A stretch of 64,000 nt of DNA from Octopus sinensis (Eukaryota): NCBI RefSeq assembly GCF_006345805.1, contig NC_043001.1:117304001-117368000 (forward strand), written 5' to 3'. The notes under the pieces were generated by a model that was given only the letters and a program-made list of their open reading frames with translations, was not told where the DNA came from and did no database searches. This document shows, piece after piece, positions 27,045-38,728 of this stretch. The position numbers were made by a program, and so were the translations under genes. Each line of letters starts with the position of its first letter. Position 1 is the stretch's first letter.

Positions 27045-27286
27045 ATAATTGTTAAAGAGGACAACAAACGTTAAGGCAAGGCAAAAATCTCAAGTCATAT
27101 ACATTATTATTATTGGAAAAAATTCCAAGTGTTACAGCTATTTCTGGCATATCCCAGAGTATGGGATTTTCCATCATCAGAGATATCCCAGAAACAGCTG
27201 TATGACTTTGAATTTTTTCCAATAATAATAATGTATATGACTTGAGATTTTTGCCTTGCCTTAACGTTTGTTGTCCTCTTTAACAG

Positions 27287-27290
<4 letters not shown>
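27045..27290. repeat. 246-bp near-perfect palindrome in TA-rich context
   Basis: About 103-bp arms with ~5 mismatches; the first ~80 bp have a single mismatch. Confidence 0.9.
27130..27183 (-). ncRNA. Type I hammerhead motif at the palindrome centre
   Basis: TCT-CTGATGA-TGGaaaATCCCatactctGGGATatgCCA-GAAA-TAGCTG-TA-ACA. The mirror arm has perfect ACAGCTGT; combining the two arms restores stem I (AGA). Confidence 0.65.
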
Positions 27291-27373
<83 letters not shown>

Positions 27374-28478
27374 AGACATGGCCTGGACCAATCTTTGGTC
27401 GAAACATATCTAAGTTTATCTATGTTTATATATTGCTGCTGAATGTTTGATGCAAACTTTCGTCAAAATGCTGAAATTACGCGGTAAGTTTATCTCTCAT
27501 CTTTATCTCTCAAGGTTATCTCTCATCTTCTCAGGATCGTTGTGCCTAAATTATAAGCCATTGTTTATACCTATTTTTAAAAGGCCAAGTGTTAAGAGAA
27601 GAGCGGTATAGGGAACTGGTGGGAGCGAGAAAGGGGCAGGGAGAGAGAAAGTTGACTTTAGATTAGAAACCCAACTTGAATACTTGCGACACTGAATGAA
27701 CTCCAGCTGAGCTATCCAAGGACTAGGGTGGTGGTGCTTAAACCGGGTGTCACATTAAGTCTACCACCAAAAGTGTAGTAGTAGTAGTAGAGTTATAGTA
27801 GCAGCTGCAGATTGACAGTCGTTATAACGTCAGCCAGAATACCTTACGAGAGGGTCGATAAATAAAGTATGAATCCAGTGCTGTGGACAGGTGTAACTGT
27901 AAGAACGTCAGACCGGGTGTCTTTGCATTATTTGTTTCGTCTGCTCTTTACTATAGCTTATGTGAGTGGTAGACTCAAAACATCGGACGGTTTAACACCA
28001 CCATATGGCACATAGAGTGCCTTTTGCTGTGTCTACTCTGTTACAAAAACGGGTCTCCGGTTTAAGAATCTCTCCCCACTCTTGTCTAGCACGCCTTGTG
28101 TGGCTTCCACCTTTAACCAGGATAAAAGAGTAAAAGACACAATGAATAACGGATACGCATCATATAAAGGATACAATACAATATTCATATTAGGAATCGA
28201 ACTCTAGACCCAATCTGTAAAGTATCTCTGATGCATGCTGATGTATTTATAAACTAGGCAGTTAATCCACTCCAGTGACTGCAACTCTTCAAGAGACTTT
28301 CTTCTTAAAATTTATTAATATTAAAAAAAAGTAAAATATAAAACAAAATAAACGAAATGAAAATCAAACAAAATGCAAAACAATTATGAAAAGTTCCTTT
28401 TTCTTTGATGTCAAATGCGAATAAACTTAAGTTTAAGTTGTGTGTTCTTTGTTTCGGTTCCAATAAAAGACTGCTTAG

Positions 28479-28648
28479 CGTCAACTAATGCTTTATATGT
28501 CGTATGAGGCGTCAGACACGCGCCATCTCAGTTGTGGCAACATGTACAACACTTTTCACCCGAGTCAGCGAATACGTCATGAATCAGATTGTCTAGCCAA
28601 CTTTTGACGTCACATCCGGTCGCACTTAACGCTTTTCGTCATGTCCGG
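28479..28648. promoter_or_regulatory. Candidate CREB/ATF and ETS element cluster
   Basis: CGTCA at 28479, 28510, 28575, 28608 and 28637; full TGACGTCA at 28605-28612 overlapping ETS-like CCGGATGT on the minus strand. No transcript is identified. Confidence 0.4.
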
Positions 28649-28780
28649 TACTTGTTTCTCATTTTTTTAAAAAAAGAAATTCTTAAAAGGAGGAAAAGAC
28701 ATTAGATATGCTAAATTAGAATCTGGAAAGAAGAGGAAGAGATAAACAACACTTGATAGAGAGTGAGTGGAGAAAGTTAA

Positions 28781-28843
<63 letters not shown>

Positions 28844-29367
28844 ATGTGAGAAGGAGAAAAAGAGAGGGGGAGTGGGGAGTGAAGAAAGAACAGAGTGAAA
28901 TTAGTGTTCTCGAAAGATTGACATTCATCACACCATATTTAGTTTTGCTGTGATTGCTATTGTTGCTTAACCTCAAGTCAGACCTATTCCTGCCGTGACC
29001 ATCAGGTCTTTGTTTAAGCTATAGTGTATCCAGAACTACATTATTCTGGATGCATCATATCCCTTTGTAAAGGTTAGGCTTTGATTAAAGAGAGATTTGA
29101 CCGACATAGTTCGTGCAACATTTTAAAGCCTCCATCATTGGTTGACTCATTGCTCTCATGTTCTAACCGTAGCCGTCATTTATAATCTTTTGTTCTTTTT
29201 TTTTTTTGATATCTCAGCTACGTCCTTCAGGGAATATTACAGACAAGGCAAAAAATAACTTGGGTAAATGTCAAACTATATACATGAATATGAGTAAGTA
29301 TGTGTGTATGTGTGTGTGTGTGCGTGTGTGATTGTGCGTGTGTGTTAAGAAGTTTGCTCCCAACGAA

Positions 29368-29407
<40 letters not shown>

Positions 29408-29605
29408 CAAAGAAATTCCAACTCCCTCTGTTTTTATGTTTTATTTATATTCTTTATAATATTAATGTAGAATATAGAATATATAGTATAAATAACATAT
29501 ATATATGAAAATGAAATGAAGTATTGATTGTCTTATTGAATAGATGAAATATTGAATATCAAATATTAAGGGACTAGTATACTTTCTTGCATTATAGCAG
29601 TCATC

Positions 29606-29667
29606 AAGGTCCTAGGTTGGGACTGGAGTGTTTCAACTGAAAAACCCCTGTCACAACCTGGGACCTT
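29606..29667. other. 62-nt imperfect hairpin
   Basis: AAGGTCCTAGGTTGGGACTGGAGTGTTTCA-ac-TGAAAAACCCCTGTCACAACCTGGGACCTT: ~30 paired positions with 4 mismatches. Confidence 0.6.
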
Positions 29668-29914
29668 AATCTATTGACTAATTTTTTTAATGCTAGGCCA
29701 CTGGTAATAATAATTTCTATAATTCTTATTACCCTTATATTATATTTCATGTTTAAATGTTTTTGATAAATTTGTTCGAAGTTTTACCGGCATCCTCTCT
29801 GTCGCCGGAAATAAACTGCATCTGCACAGTAGATTTGAAAAGTTAGAATATACAGGCAACGAGTTTACATGCGGAATCAATCTCGTTGTGTCTATATTTA
29901 AAATCTAAAGGCTA

Positions 29915-29981
29915 CCTACTGATGATGGCTGGCCTCAGTAAATATTTTTTTACTGAAATTAGTCAGAAACCATGGTCTAGG
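29915..29981 (+). ncRNA. Intact minimal type I hammerhead ribozyme motif within a ~230-bp dispersed element (29861-30094)
   Basis: CCTA-CTGATGA-TGGCTG[gcc TCAGTAAA..TTTACTGA aat]TAGTCA-GAAA-CCATGG-TC-TAGG; GUC triplet, predicted cut 3' of 29977. Confidence 0.8.
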
Positions 29982-30127
29982 AAGTAAATTAGATGGTAAA
30001 TGTTTTTCATTTTCATTCCCTCCCAGAATTTATCCCTAATAAGTAGTTTGAGTTTTCTACTGCTCTTTCTAGCACAAGGCTTTCCTATGATGGAAGCCTC
30101 TTAATGTGTTTTAATGTACACGATATC

Positions 30128-30173
<46 letters not shown>

Positions 30174-33100
30174 CACACATATTTGAGTGTGTATATGGGG
30201 TGTTAGTGTACGAAATGCAATGATAATGGGTCAATACAAAGGGTTTTCAATCAATAAAATAAATTTAATATATTTATTTTAAAGCTGAAATTATCCAAGT
30301 TTCACTTTCACATCGAATCCTTCGTCGCATGATCGGACATTTAATTTTACCAATGAGAACGGCTTCTGGATTGTGTGAATAACCGTCCGTGTGGATAAAG
30401 GCCGATGTATGGATAAAAACCCATTAATCTCGTTGTAATGGACTCGTGCTTTGATTTTGACGTACTGGATAACCTATTTGTTGGATTAGCGTATTAACAT
30501 GCGAAGTGGTTAACTATTTCACAGATACATTTATCTTTGACGTAGTTTTCACGTAGAATCAGTGTGAGCCAAATGTGACGTGGTTAGACCTTTGAATTAC
30601 AGGCACAGCTCATCTGGTGAACTTCTGTACTGTTTCGGTCAACGCCCACTTCGGTCAACAAGGCTGAGATTGACCCGAGGCTACGGCAAATATACTTAGC
30701 TAAGATCTTATTCAGTGGGGTCGAACTGAGGACTAGCAGTTGCGAAGTGAACTTTTTAATCACTCAGTTATGCCCTCGTATAATCTCGTTGCAAATCGTA
30801 ACTAAAGATGGCGAATTAAGTTATTAAAGCATCAGATTAGAATGCTTTACTACACTCATCCCTGAGCTCCAAGTTCAAAAGCCGCTGAGGCCAACATTTC
30901 TTTTCATCCTTTTTACGTAGGTTGACAAATAATGTAGCAGACCAGTACTGGGATCGATTTTATTGCTATTTCTCTCTGAATGAGATCGACTGCCGCCAGT
31001 TTAAGATGCTGAAGATATGGCATATGTTATGATGACCTCCGAATAACTCTGTCAGAAGTCGATGGCTCATGGCAAGGTCATAGCTATAGTTATTAAACAA
31101 CACGTTTTAACAACTGCATTTTGAGATAATTTCATTCTTGTTTATTTTTTGTTGTTTGCTAATGGTCGGGTGTTGGAAAGGAAGAAGCAGTAAAAAGCTA
31201 GATCAAATGTTACAAGGTATTTAGGTACGTCCCATAACATCTATGTCCGGATCAGGTAAGTGTTGATTTTATGTTTCATTCAACTGATGAGGGTAAAATA
31301 AGTTTCTCTCTAATGGTGCACACTCGTCCCTTTTTACTTTCATTGGAAACTTCCTGTCAGCCTACACTAAGGACCCCTTTCTGACCCGCACTTTATTGAT
31401 TCTTACGTACCCCAAAGTTCGGTAGTGACTCCCAAACACTCCACTACTTCTATTCATTTATGGCCTGCTTGCTGTCAGTTCTATCATCACTCAATCCTAA
31501 GCAGAAAGTATTTTTTTCACTATTTCTTAACTTCCCATTCACAGGCAACATTCACATACGACTCAAACACAGTTAATCAAGCATTCACTGCACCCACAAA
31601 GATCTTGCGAGCATCTTTCAATGGCCATATCTCAACTTCATGACTTTCAACATCACAAAGATTTACTATACATATTAAAGAAGCAGTCTTCATCCTCTGA
31701 ATGACATAAATAAATCCCAAAATCACTTCAACGTTATCCTCCTATCGTTTGTAACAACCGTCAGGATAGCTTTACTGTTGATATACATTTGGGAAGAATG
31801 TTTGCACAATTCTCACTCCCTAGCTCATCTAATCGCGTTGCATCATGGTTGTGTTGTTTAGATTTTTAGGAGATTGGTGGTATGGTCTTTCATACAGCGA
31901 TATAGCCCTTGTCAGTTTAGTGCAAACTTGCGATTGATAGCCTTGCATTCTAAAACATTGTTTTTTTCTCATTTTTTTTTTTTTGATAACGAAGTTTTTC
32001 ACTTACTGCTCGCAATTCATGTTGAAGAGCAATTAGTTCTTCAGGTAAGGGTCTCACGTAGGCAGTGCCCTAAGACCTTAGATAATCTATCATAAAGTCG
32101 CACCTGGTTATAAGTGGATAATAATTTACATACCACTAAATCATAACGTCTAACTGTCCAACATTTTCTATGTCTATCGATAATTGTGTAGAGGGAGGTA
32201 AGCTTTTTCTCTCTCTCTCTTGCTACGATTTATCCCTGTTTCTCCTATATTTTGACGAATGGTAATCGCAGCTCATTATAACAGAATATTCATTGTCCAA
32301 AAGTTGGGATTTATGGTCTCTACTAAACGGCTTCTTAACTATTCGTTGTTCCATCGCGGATAAACACCAGGTCGGTAGATTTCCTTCTGAATCGAGAGGG
32401 GGCAGTTCTCTCACGTAATTGTTTATTACTGTAGTGTTTGAATTGTATTGCCACTGCTTTTAGTTCTGTATATTCTTCACTCATTACTACTGTTTGTTCA
32501 TAATCTGATACTGCTCGTTCATGTACGACAGCATGCTCCTCTCAATTTTATTATTATCGTGGTACATGTTCTTTACAGTCTTATCAGGAGAATAATTCAC
32601 CAGCCTTGTCTGACTCTTAATTAATGTGCAGGATAGTACAAATTGTTTTCAACAAATGTTGCTTGGCAACGTAGTTTTTTTGGCACTGAAGTCGGAGTAA
32701 GAGTGTTTTTAAAGAGTGTTTTTAAAGAGTGTTTTTAAAGAGTGTTTTTATACCTCAGTCACTCTTCATTCTTTTCAAATAACTAATCAAAAGATCTTCC
32801 CTGGGATTTTTATAGAATTGATACAAGTCTTGGCTCAATTCAAAGGTTTACACAAACTTCTCTCGATAGTTCTGTGACACGCTATAGCCGACTCTAGTCT
32901 CCAGTCAAACCATTGTGTATGTAGTAGTAGTCCTACGTATTGAGTTGCAATTAATTTTCTGCTATGCCCTTCCGTAAAAAGATGCTTCTTCACTTTAATT
33001 AGAAGATAATCAATTTTTATCAAGCACATATCAACCGCAAAAGATCTAGTATTTATTATAGAAAAATGAATGTCCCTATTAGGCCGACATGACTGACTTT

Positions 33101-33530
33101 GGTGCTATATGTCTGTCTGTCTGTATGTATGTATGTAAGTAGGTGTGTGTGTATGAATGTATGTATGTGTGTGTGTATGTGTATGCACTCCCTTAGTGGG
33201 GATGATGGCCAAGTCAGTTATTAATATTCTAATTAAGGTGCTGATCTTAATTACTCATTGAGACCAATTAGTGGCGAAGGTCATTATTGAAATCGCGTTA
33301 TATAATGGCATAAATCAATTTGCATGATAAAAATGAGCAATCGATGGTAAATGAAAGTAGCTTATCCAATTTACAAATCGTTATTAATAATTCCTGTCAG
33401 TGATGTGACCTGGAAATCAATAAAAACTCAGTCAAAATGAAATTAAAAGTAGGTCATTGGTTCAATACAATGATCTATTATATATATATATATGTGTGTG
33501 TGTGTTGTGTGTGTGTGTGGTGTGTGTGTG

Positions 33531-33564
<34 letters not shown>

Positions 33565-33599
33565 GTGTGTGTGTGTGTTTGTGTGGTGTGTGTGTGTGT

Positions 33600-33638
<39 letters not shown>

Positions 33639-33719
33639 TGTTAGGTGTGATGTACAGATATTGAATATTGAGAAAAAAGTCGTTAGAATTTTGGAAAAAA
33701 TCCTTTTATTTCTTCATTA

Positions 33720-33759
33720 TTACTAGCGCTTTCGTCCCTTTCTAGAACTTATCAAATAA
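33720..33759 (-). ncRNA. Minimal type I hammerhead motif, U3-A8 core variant
   Basis: TTAT-TTGATAA-GTTC-tagaaag-GGAC-GAAA-GCGC-TA-GTAA. Confidence 0.65.
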
Positions 33760-33902
33760 AATTTTGTGAATGTACAAACAGCTTGTTCATTTATATAAAA
33801 GATATTTTGTGGGGTTTTGTTTAGAAGAGAACATTGTTTTTGTTTTTGTGGGGGAGGTTCCATGACAATGGAGATGAATAGATAGAAATATAGGTAGATA
33901 GG

Positions 33903-34029
<127 letters not shown>

Positions 34030-34126
34030 GGATGGATGAGTAGAAGGAAAGAGAGAGAGAAGGGGTATCCACCTTCCTCTTCAGCATTCATTTATTTATT
34101 TATTTACTCAGTCCTTTACCATTGTA

Positions 34127-36620
34127 TTGGAATGGGTTTTAGGATGGCGACGACAAATGAAATGCAGAAGACAACCATCAACCCATAAGTCCAAACACCT
34201 TAGATGGATAAATACAAAGGAAAAAAGACATGAAATACAAATAACATACAGACAACCACCGACCCGTAATAACATGTACCCCAGACGGATGAATACATGG
34301 GAAGAAAAACAAATAAAATACAGACAGCAGAGGTACTATAATAGGAATAATAATCATGATAACTCAAGCAACCCACGATTTACGACCAAAAATCCCATAT
34401 ATCCTGAATAGTGAAAAAAAACATGGAAGATAGGAAGAAAACAAAACTTATAACCAACGGAATTCGTATAAAAGACATGAACCATCTTCCCACCTACATG
34501 GAAACCAGAACGCTGAGGAAACGGAGTCATGGTAACACAATTCCTTTTTTAGGAAGAAAATACCAAAACCACGCACCGGACCCGATAATACGCAAAATTT
34601 AAATGAACAGACACAACATATAGACCCGAAGATCATAAATTTGTCAAATAGGAATCTCAACAAGAATGAGATGAACCTCCTATTAAAAGTTTTCAAGTTT
34701 ACCACGACACCCACCCCTAATCTCATTGAACTGAAATTTGGTATTGAACACTTCAGCCGTCACCTCCGACTTATAGAATTCTTCAGCAATAAAGATTTAA
34801 ATGATGAATCAAAGTCAGAAATAAATCCCACTTCACCCACTACAAGGGAAAGGATAAATATTTAGACGTGTATATTGACACGATTTCAAAATTTCCCCAA
34901 AAAACCAACAGATGCAAACAAAACCTTCGTGAAGAAGAAAAGGAAGCCTTAAAAACACTGAAGAATGACAACTCAATCATCCTAAAAGAAGGCGATAAAG
35001 AGGGGTGGGCGATAGTAATCATGGTCAAGGACTATTATAAAGATAAAATATTGAAAATGTTAACAAACCAAACCTACTATAAGGAAGAACTACGACACTC
35101 AGAAAAATCGATAATGAATAAAATCAGAAGACTAATCAATGAGTTCCAAGATTTCTTCACAGACAAGGAGAAAGATTATATATGCAACTCTATAATCAAA
35201 GAGAGCAATTTCTACGGATTACCTAACATCCACGAAAGCTCCGGAATACAAAGTGCCATAAATAAGCAGAATAACCAGTAAGTAAAAATACTAAGGCCTG
35301 CTGAGCTCAGACTAAGACCAATAGTTACTGGACCTCAAGCAACAACACAATAACTAAGTCATTTTTTAGATATACTCCTAAGACCTTCGTGCCTTTAATA
35401 CCCAGTTTTGTATGGGAATGGCAAAGATTTCATCCAACACATCCCTCCAACAGTCACAGAAGGTGTTATACTCACAAGTTTTTATGCCACCAATCTCTAT
35501 ACTAATATACCTCACCCTTTAGGTCTAAAAGCAATCAAACACTGGGTAGAGAACGGATAAATGAATGCTTTAAGACTGACTTCAACACCAAGGCCACACG
35601 CCTAGTACTAGAAGAAAATACCTTTAGATTCGGCAATAAAACATATCGACAGTAAAAGGGCACGGTTATAGGTACGCGGTTTGCGCCCTCATATGCAAAC
35701 TTAGTTATGGGATACTTGGAAGAAAAACTTTATGAGGAAGTAGAAAAAGCTTTTGATCAGGAGTACAAGAAATATATCATTAAAAAGTGGAAGTGCTTCC
35801 TTGATGGTTGTTTCATCTTCTGAGACGAATCGAATGAAGATCTAAATATATTTAACAATATACTGAACACATTTCACACGACAGAATCCAGTTGCAATGA
35901 ACTACCATTCCTGGATATCCACATAAAAATACAGAACTTCACAGTCACAACAGACATATTTTACAAAAAACTGACACACACCGATATTTAAATTTCTACT
36001 TTTGCCATCCATCACACATCAAAATAAAAATCCCATTCAGCATGGTATGACGCATCTGTGCTAGAGTGACTGACCCCAAAATACGTGAAATCCGACTCAA
36101 CGAACTCGAAGGCTTCCTTACAATGCAGAAATACCACTTAGTATAAATTAATGAAAGAATTAAAAAGGCGATGAAACTGAACATCACCCACCTACGGACA
36201 CCCAAGGAAAAAGTTAATGAAAACACGATTCCGTTCATTAACACACAATCCTGGAATAAACAACATCTTTCACGCCATAAAATCGAACTTACCTATACTC
36301 CTATAAAGCCCCAAAATGAAAACTCTGATTGAAAAAAAAAACACCTTACAGAATAGCAGATGCCAACCAAAATGTTTTTTAAAAAACACTCACAAGGGCA
36401 GAATTCAACTCAGAGAATGAACCAGAATTCTTTGTAAAAAATGTGGAGACAGATGTGGAAGATGCAACAATATCAAAAACTTCAAATACTTGGAAAGTGG
36501 TTCCCACATAAAATTCAAGATCGGATTCCTTTTCAAAATAAATGCAGATATGATCTGTAAAACGCAAAAGCTCATATACTGCATTACCTGCCCAAACTGC
36601 AAAGATAAGAGAAAAAAAAT
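34127..36620 (+). mobile_element. Degenerate Penelope-like element (Neptune-type): RT and start of the GIY-YIG region
   Basis: IINLSNRNLNKNEMNLLLK.FKFT.TP; NLREEEKEALKTLKNDNSIILKEGDK..AIVIM; SNFYGLPNIH; LRPIVTG; NLYTNIPH; GTRFAPSYANLVMG; WKCFLDGCF; LPFLDI; Cys-rich CKKCG.RCGRC; MICKTQKLIYCITCPNC. Multiple stops and frameshifts. Confidence 0.9.
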
Positions 36621-37982
36621 CAATCAGAAAGGAACTCTATCTCACTCAAAATATCTTTTGATAAGCAACCGGTAAACTCTTACTTTTTTTATTCTACACT
36701 GAAATCTGACATTGAACTTTTCCACAAAAAACTGTATATTACACGCTTTTATCTTATTCTGAAACAGAACACTGTAAAAGACTCTTACTTTTTTTCTTAT
36801 ACACTGAAATCATTCACAAAAAATGAACATTGTATTCTAACCCAATTTTTCTCTTTTTTTGTTTAAAAAAAGAACTTTCACCTAATTAAATACACTCTCC
36901 CTTACTTAAATTATTTTGTCAGCATTTTCTTAACCGAGTTCATATGGCCTTCGTGGGTCTGTTCTTTTATACTTTTACTTGTTTCAGTCATTTGACTGGA
37001 ACCATGCTAAAGCACCGCTTTGAAGTTTTTTTTTAGTCGAAGAAATCAACCCCAGGATTTATTTTTAAAGCTTAGTGCTTATTCTATCGGTCGCTTAGCC
37101 GAACCGCTAAGTTACGGGGAGGTAAACATATTACCACCGGTTCTCAAGCGGTGATGGGGTGGACAAACACACACACTCACACACACACGCATACACACAC
37201 ACACATAGACACACATATATACATACGACGTAGAGTAAAAAAATATACGTACTGTTACTTTTTCAGTGTATTTACACAAAAGCAGGGGATAAACAAGTAC
37301 GTTATTTTTCTATATAGTCTCCTTCCTTTACGATGCACTTGGTCCAGCGGTCCACAAGCTTGCATATTCCCTCAAAGAAGAAGGTTTTGGTTGGTCGTGC
37401 GTCCATTTATGCACCGCTTCCTTCACATTTTCATACGTAGGAAATCAGCGACTTTGTAAACCATCTTTGAGCGGTCCAAAGATATGATAGTCGGAAGGGG
37501 CGAGATCTGGGCTGTAAGCAGGTTGTTCAAACACCTCAGAACCCAATTGGTTAATGGTTTCAACGGTCTGGGCGGCCGTGTGTGGGTGTGCATTGTTATA
37601 AAACTTTCTTTAACAGTAGGCTTCGGCGTTTGGTGCGAATTGTTGACTTCAGTTCGCTGGCCAGTAAAGCACTGTGTCCTGCTCTGTTGATCGTACACCC
37701 CTTTACAGTTAGTAAAGTTAGTAAATTTTTGTCATTACCTATCATTTATGTATATGTATGTATTTGTTATTTGTGTTTGGGTTTTTTTTCACCCGCCCCC
37801 GACATCGCCTGACAATCGATGCTGGTCTGTTTACGTCCCCATCACTTAGCAGTTCGGTATAAGAGACCGATAGAATAAGTTTTAGGCTTACAAAGAATAA
37901 GTCCTGGGGTCAATTTGTTCGACTAAAGGCAGTACTCCAGCATGGCCGCACTCAAATGACTGAAACATGTAAGAGAGTATGC

Positions 37983-38015
<33 letters not shown>

Positions 38016-38065
38016 TGTATGTATGTATGTATGTATGTATGTATTCATGCATGCATGTATGTATG

Positions 38066-38096
<31 letters not shown>

Positions 38097-38123
38097 GCAT
38101 GTATGTATGTATGTATGTATGTA

Positions 38124-38728
38124 CTAGCAGTATTGCCCGGCTCAACGGGGATTTCAGGGGAGAGTTTCAGGGAGTCGCTGGCGATGTATCGTGATGATGA
38201 AAAATCCGGCATGCTAAAATTTGGTTAAAGTGATTCAAACTGCAGACTCAACGCAAAATGGTCACATTTAATTCAAAGCGTTGAAAATGTTATGAAAACA
38301 ATTAGTATGTGTTCACAAAGTCCAAACGATTAATACGAAAAAACCCTCCAGGCTACATCCCGAAAATTAATTTCTTTGTCGAATTTCTACAATGTTTACG
38401 GCGATTCGTTTTTATATCTTGATTTTTTATTTTACATGCAATTTACGCATGCTTGCACGCGTGGTGAACACAGCTCACATCAAACAGCTGACTGAGTAAA
38501 GTTCACTATTCAATGCATGGGATAAGGCCTAAACAAACACATTATCGATTTTTGCACTTGCGAGATGAATTTCGGAACAGAAATAGCGCAGTTCAATTTT
38601 CATTCGCCTAAACTTTAAGTGACCCATTTTTGGTGGTTCTACGATTTTTTGGCTAGGAGGAGTTGTGCCGGGAGGTTAAACACACAGACACACACACAGA
38701 CACACAAGTTGAGTTATATATATATAGA
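38124..38728 (-). mobile_element. Non-autonomous Helitron (605 bp) with both termini
   Basis: On the minus strand: A|TC(TA)n start, (TG)n near the 5' end, CCCG..CGGG hairpin and CTAG|T end, inserted in (TACA)n. Confidence 0.75.

Noticed and set aside
31430-31780. Possible very old RTE fragment on the minus strand
   Set aside because: Only one weak motif (MKLRYGH); not enough to call.
31995-32063. Short exon candidates on both strands (FHLLLAIHVEEQLVLQ|GTAAGG on +; GTAYVRPLPEELIALQHELRA|GTAAGT on -)
   Set aside because: Mutually competing, weak acceptors, no recognisable domain; needs RNA-seq to decide.
32223-32414. 63-aa non-repetitive ORF (RELPPLDSEGNLPTW...)
   Set aside because: No recognisable homology or convincing splice signals.
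32700-32750. 13-bp tandem repeat (GAGTGTTTTTAAA), also 22-bp repeats at ~46640 and a ~110-bp duplication at ~51670
   Set aside because: Ordinary slippage-type minisatellites with no further structure.
36655-36685. TTGATAA at the PLE 3' end
   Set aside because: G12 is missing and neither stem II nor stem III can be formed; at most a relic.
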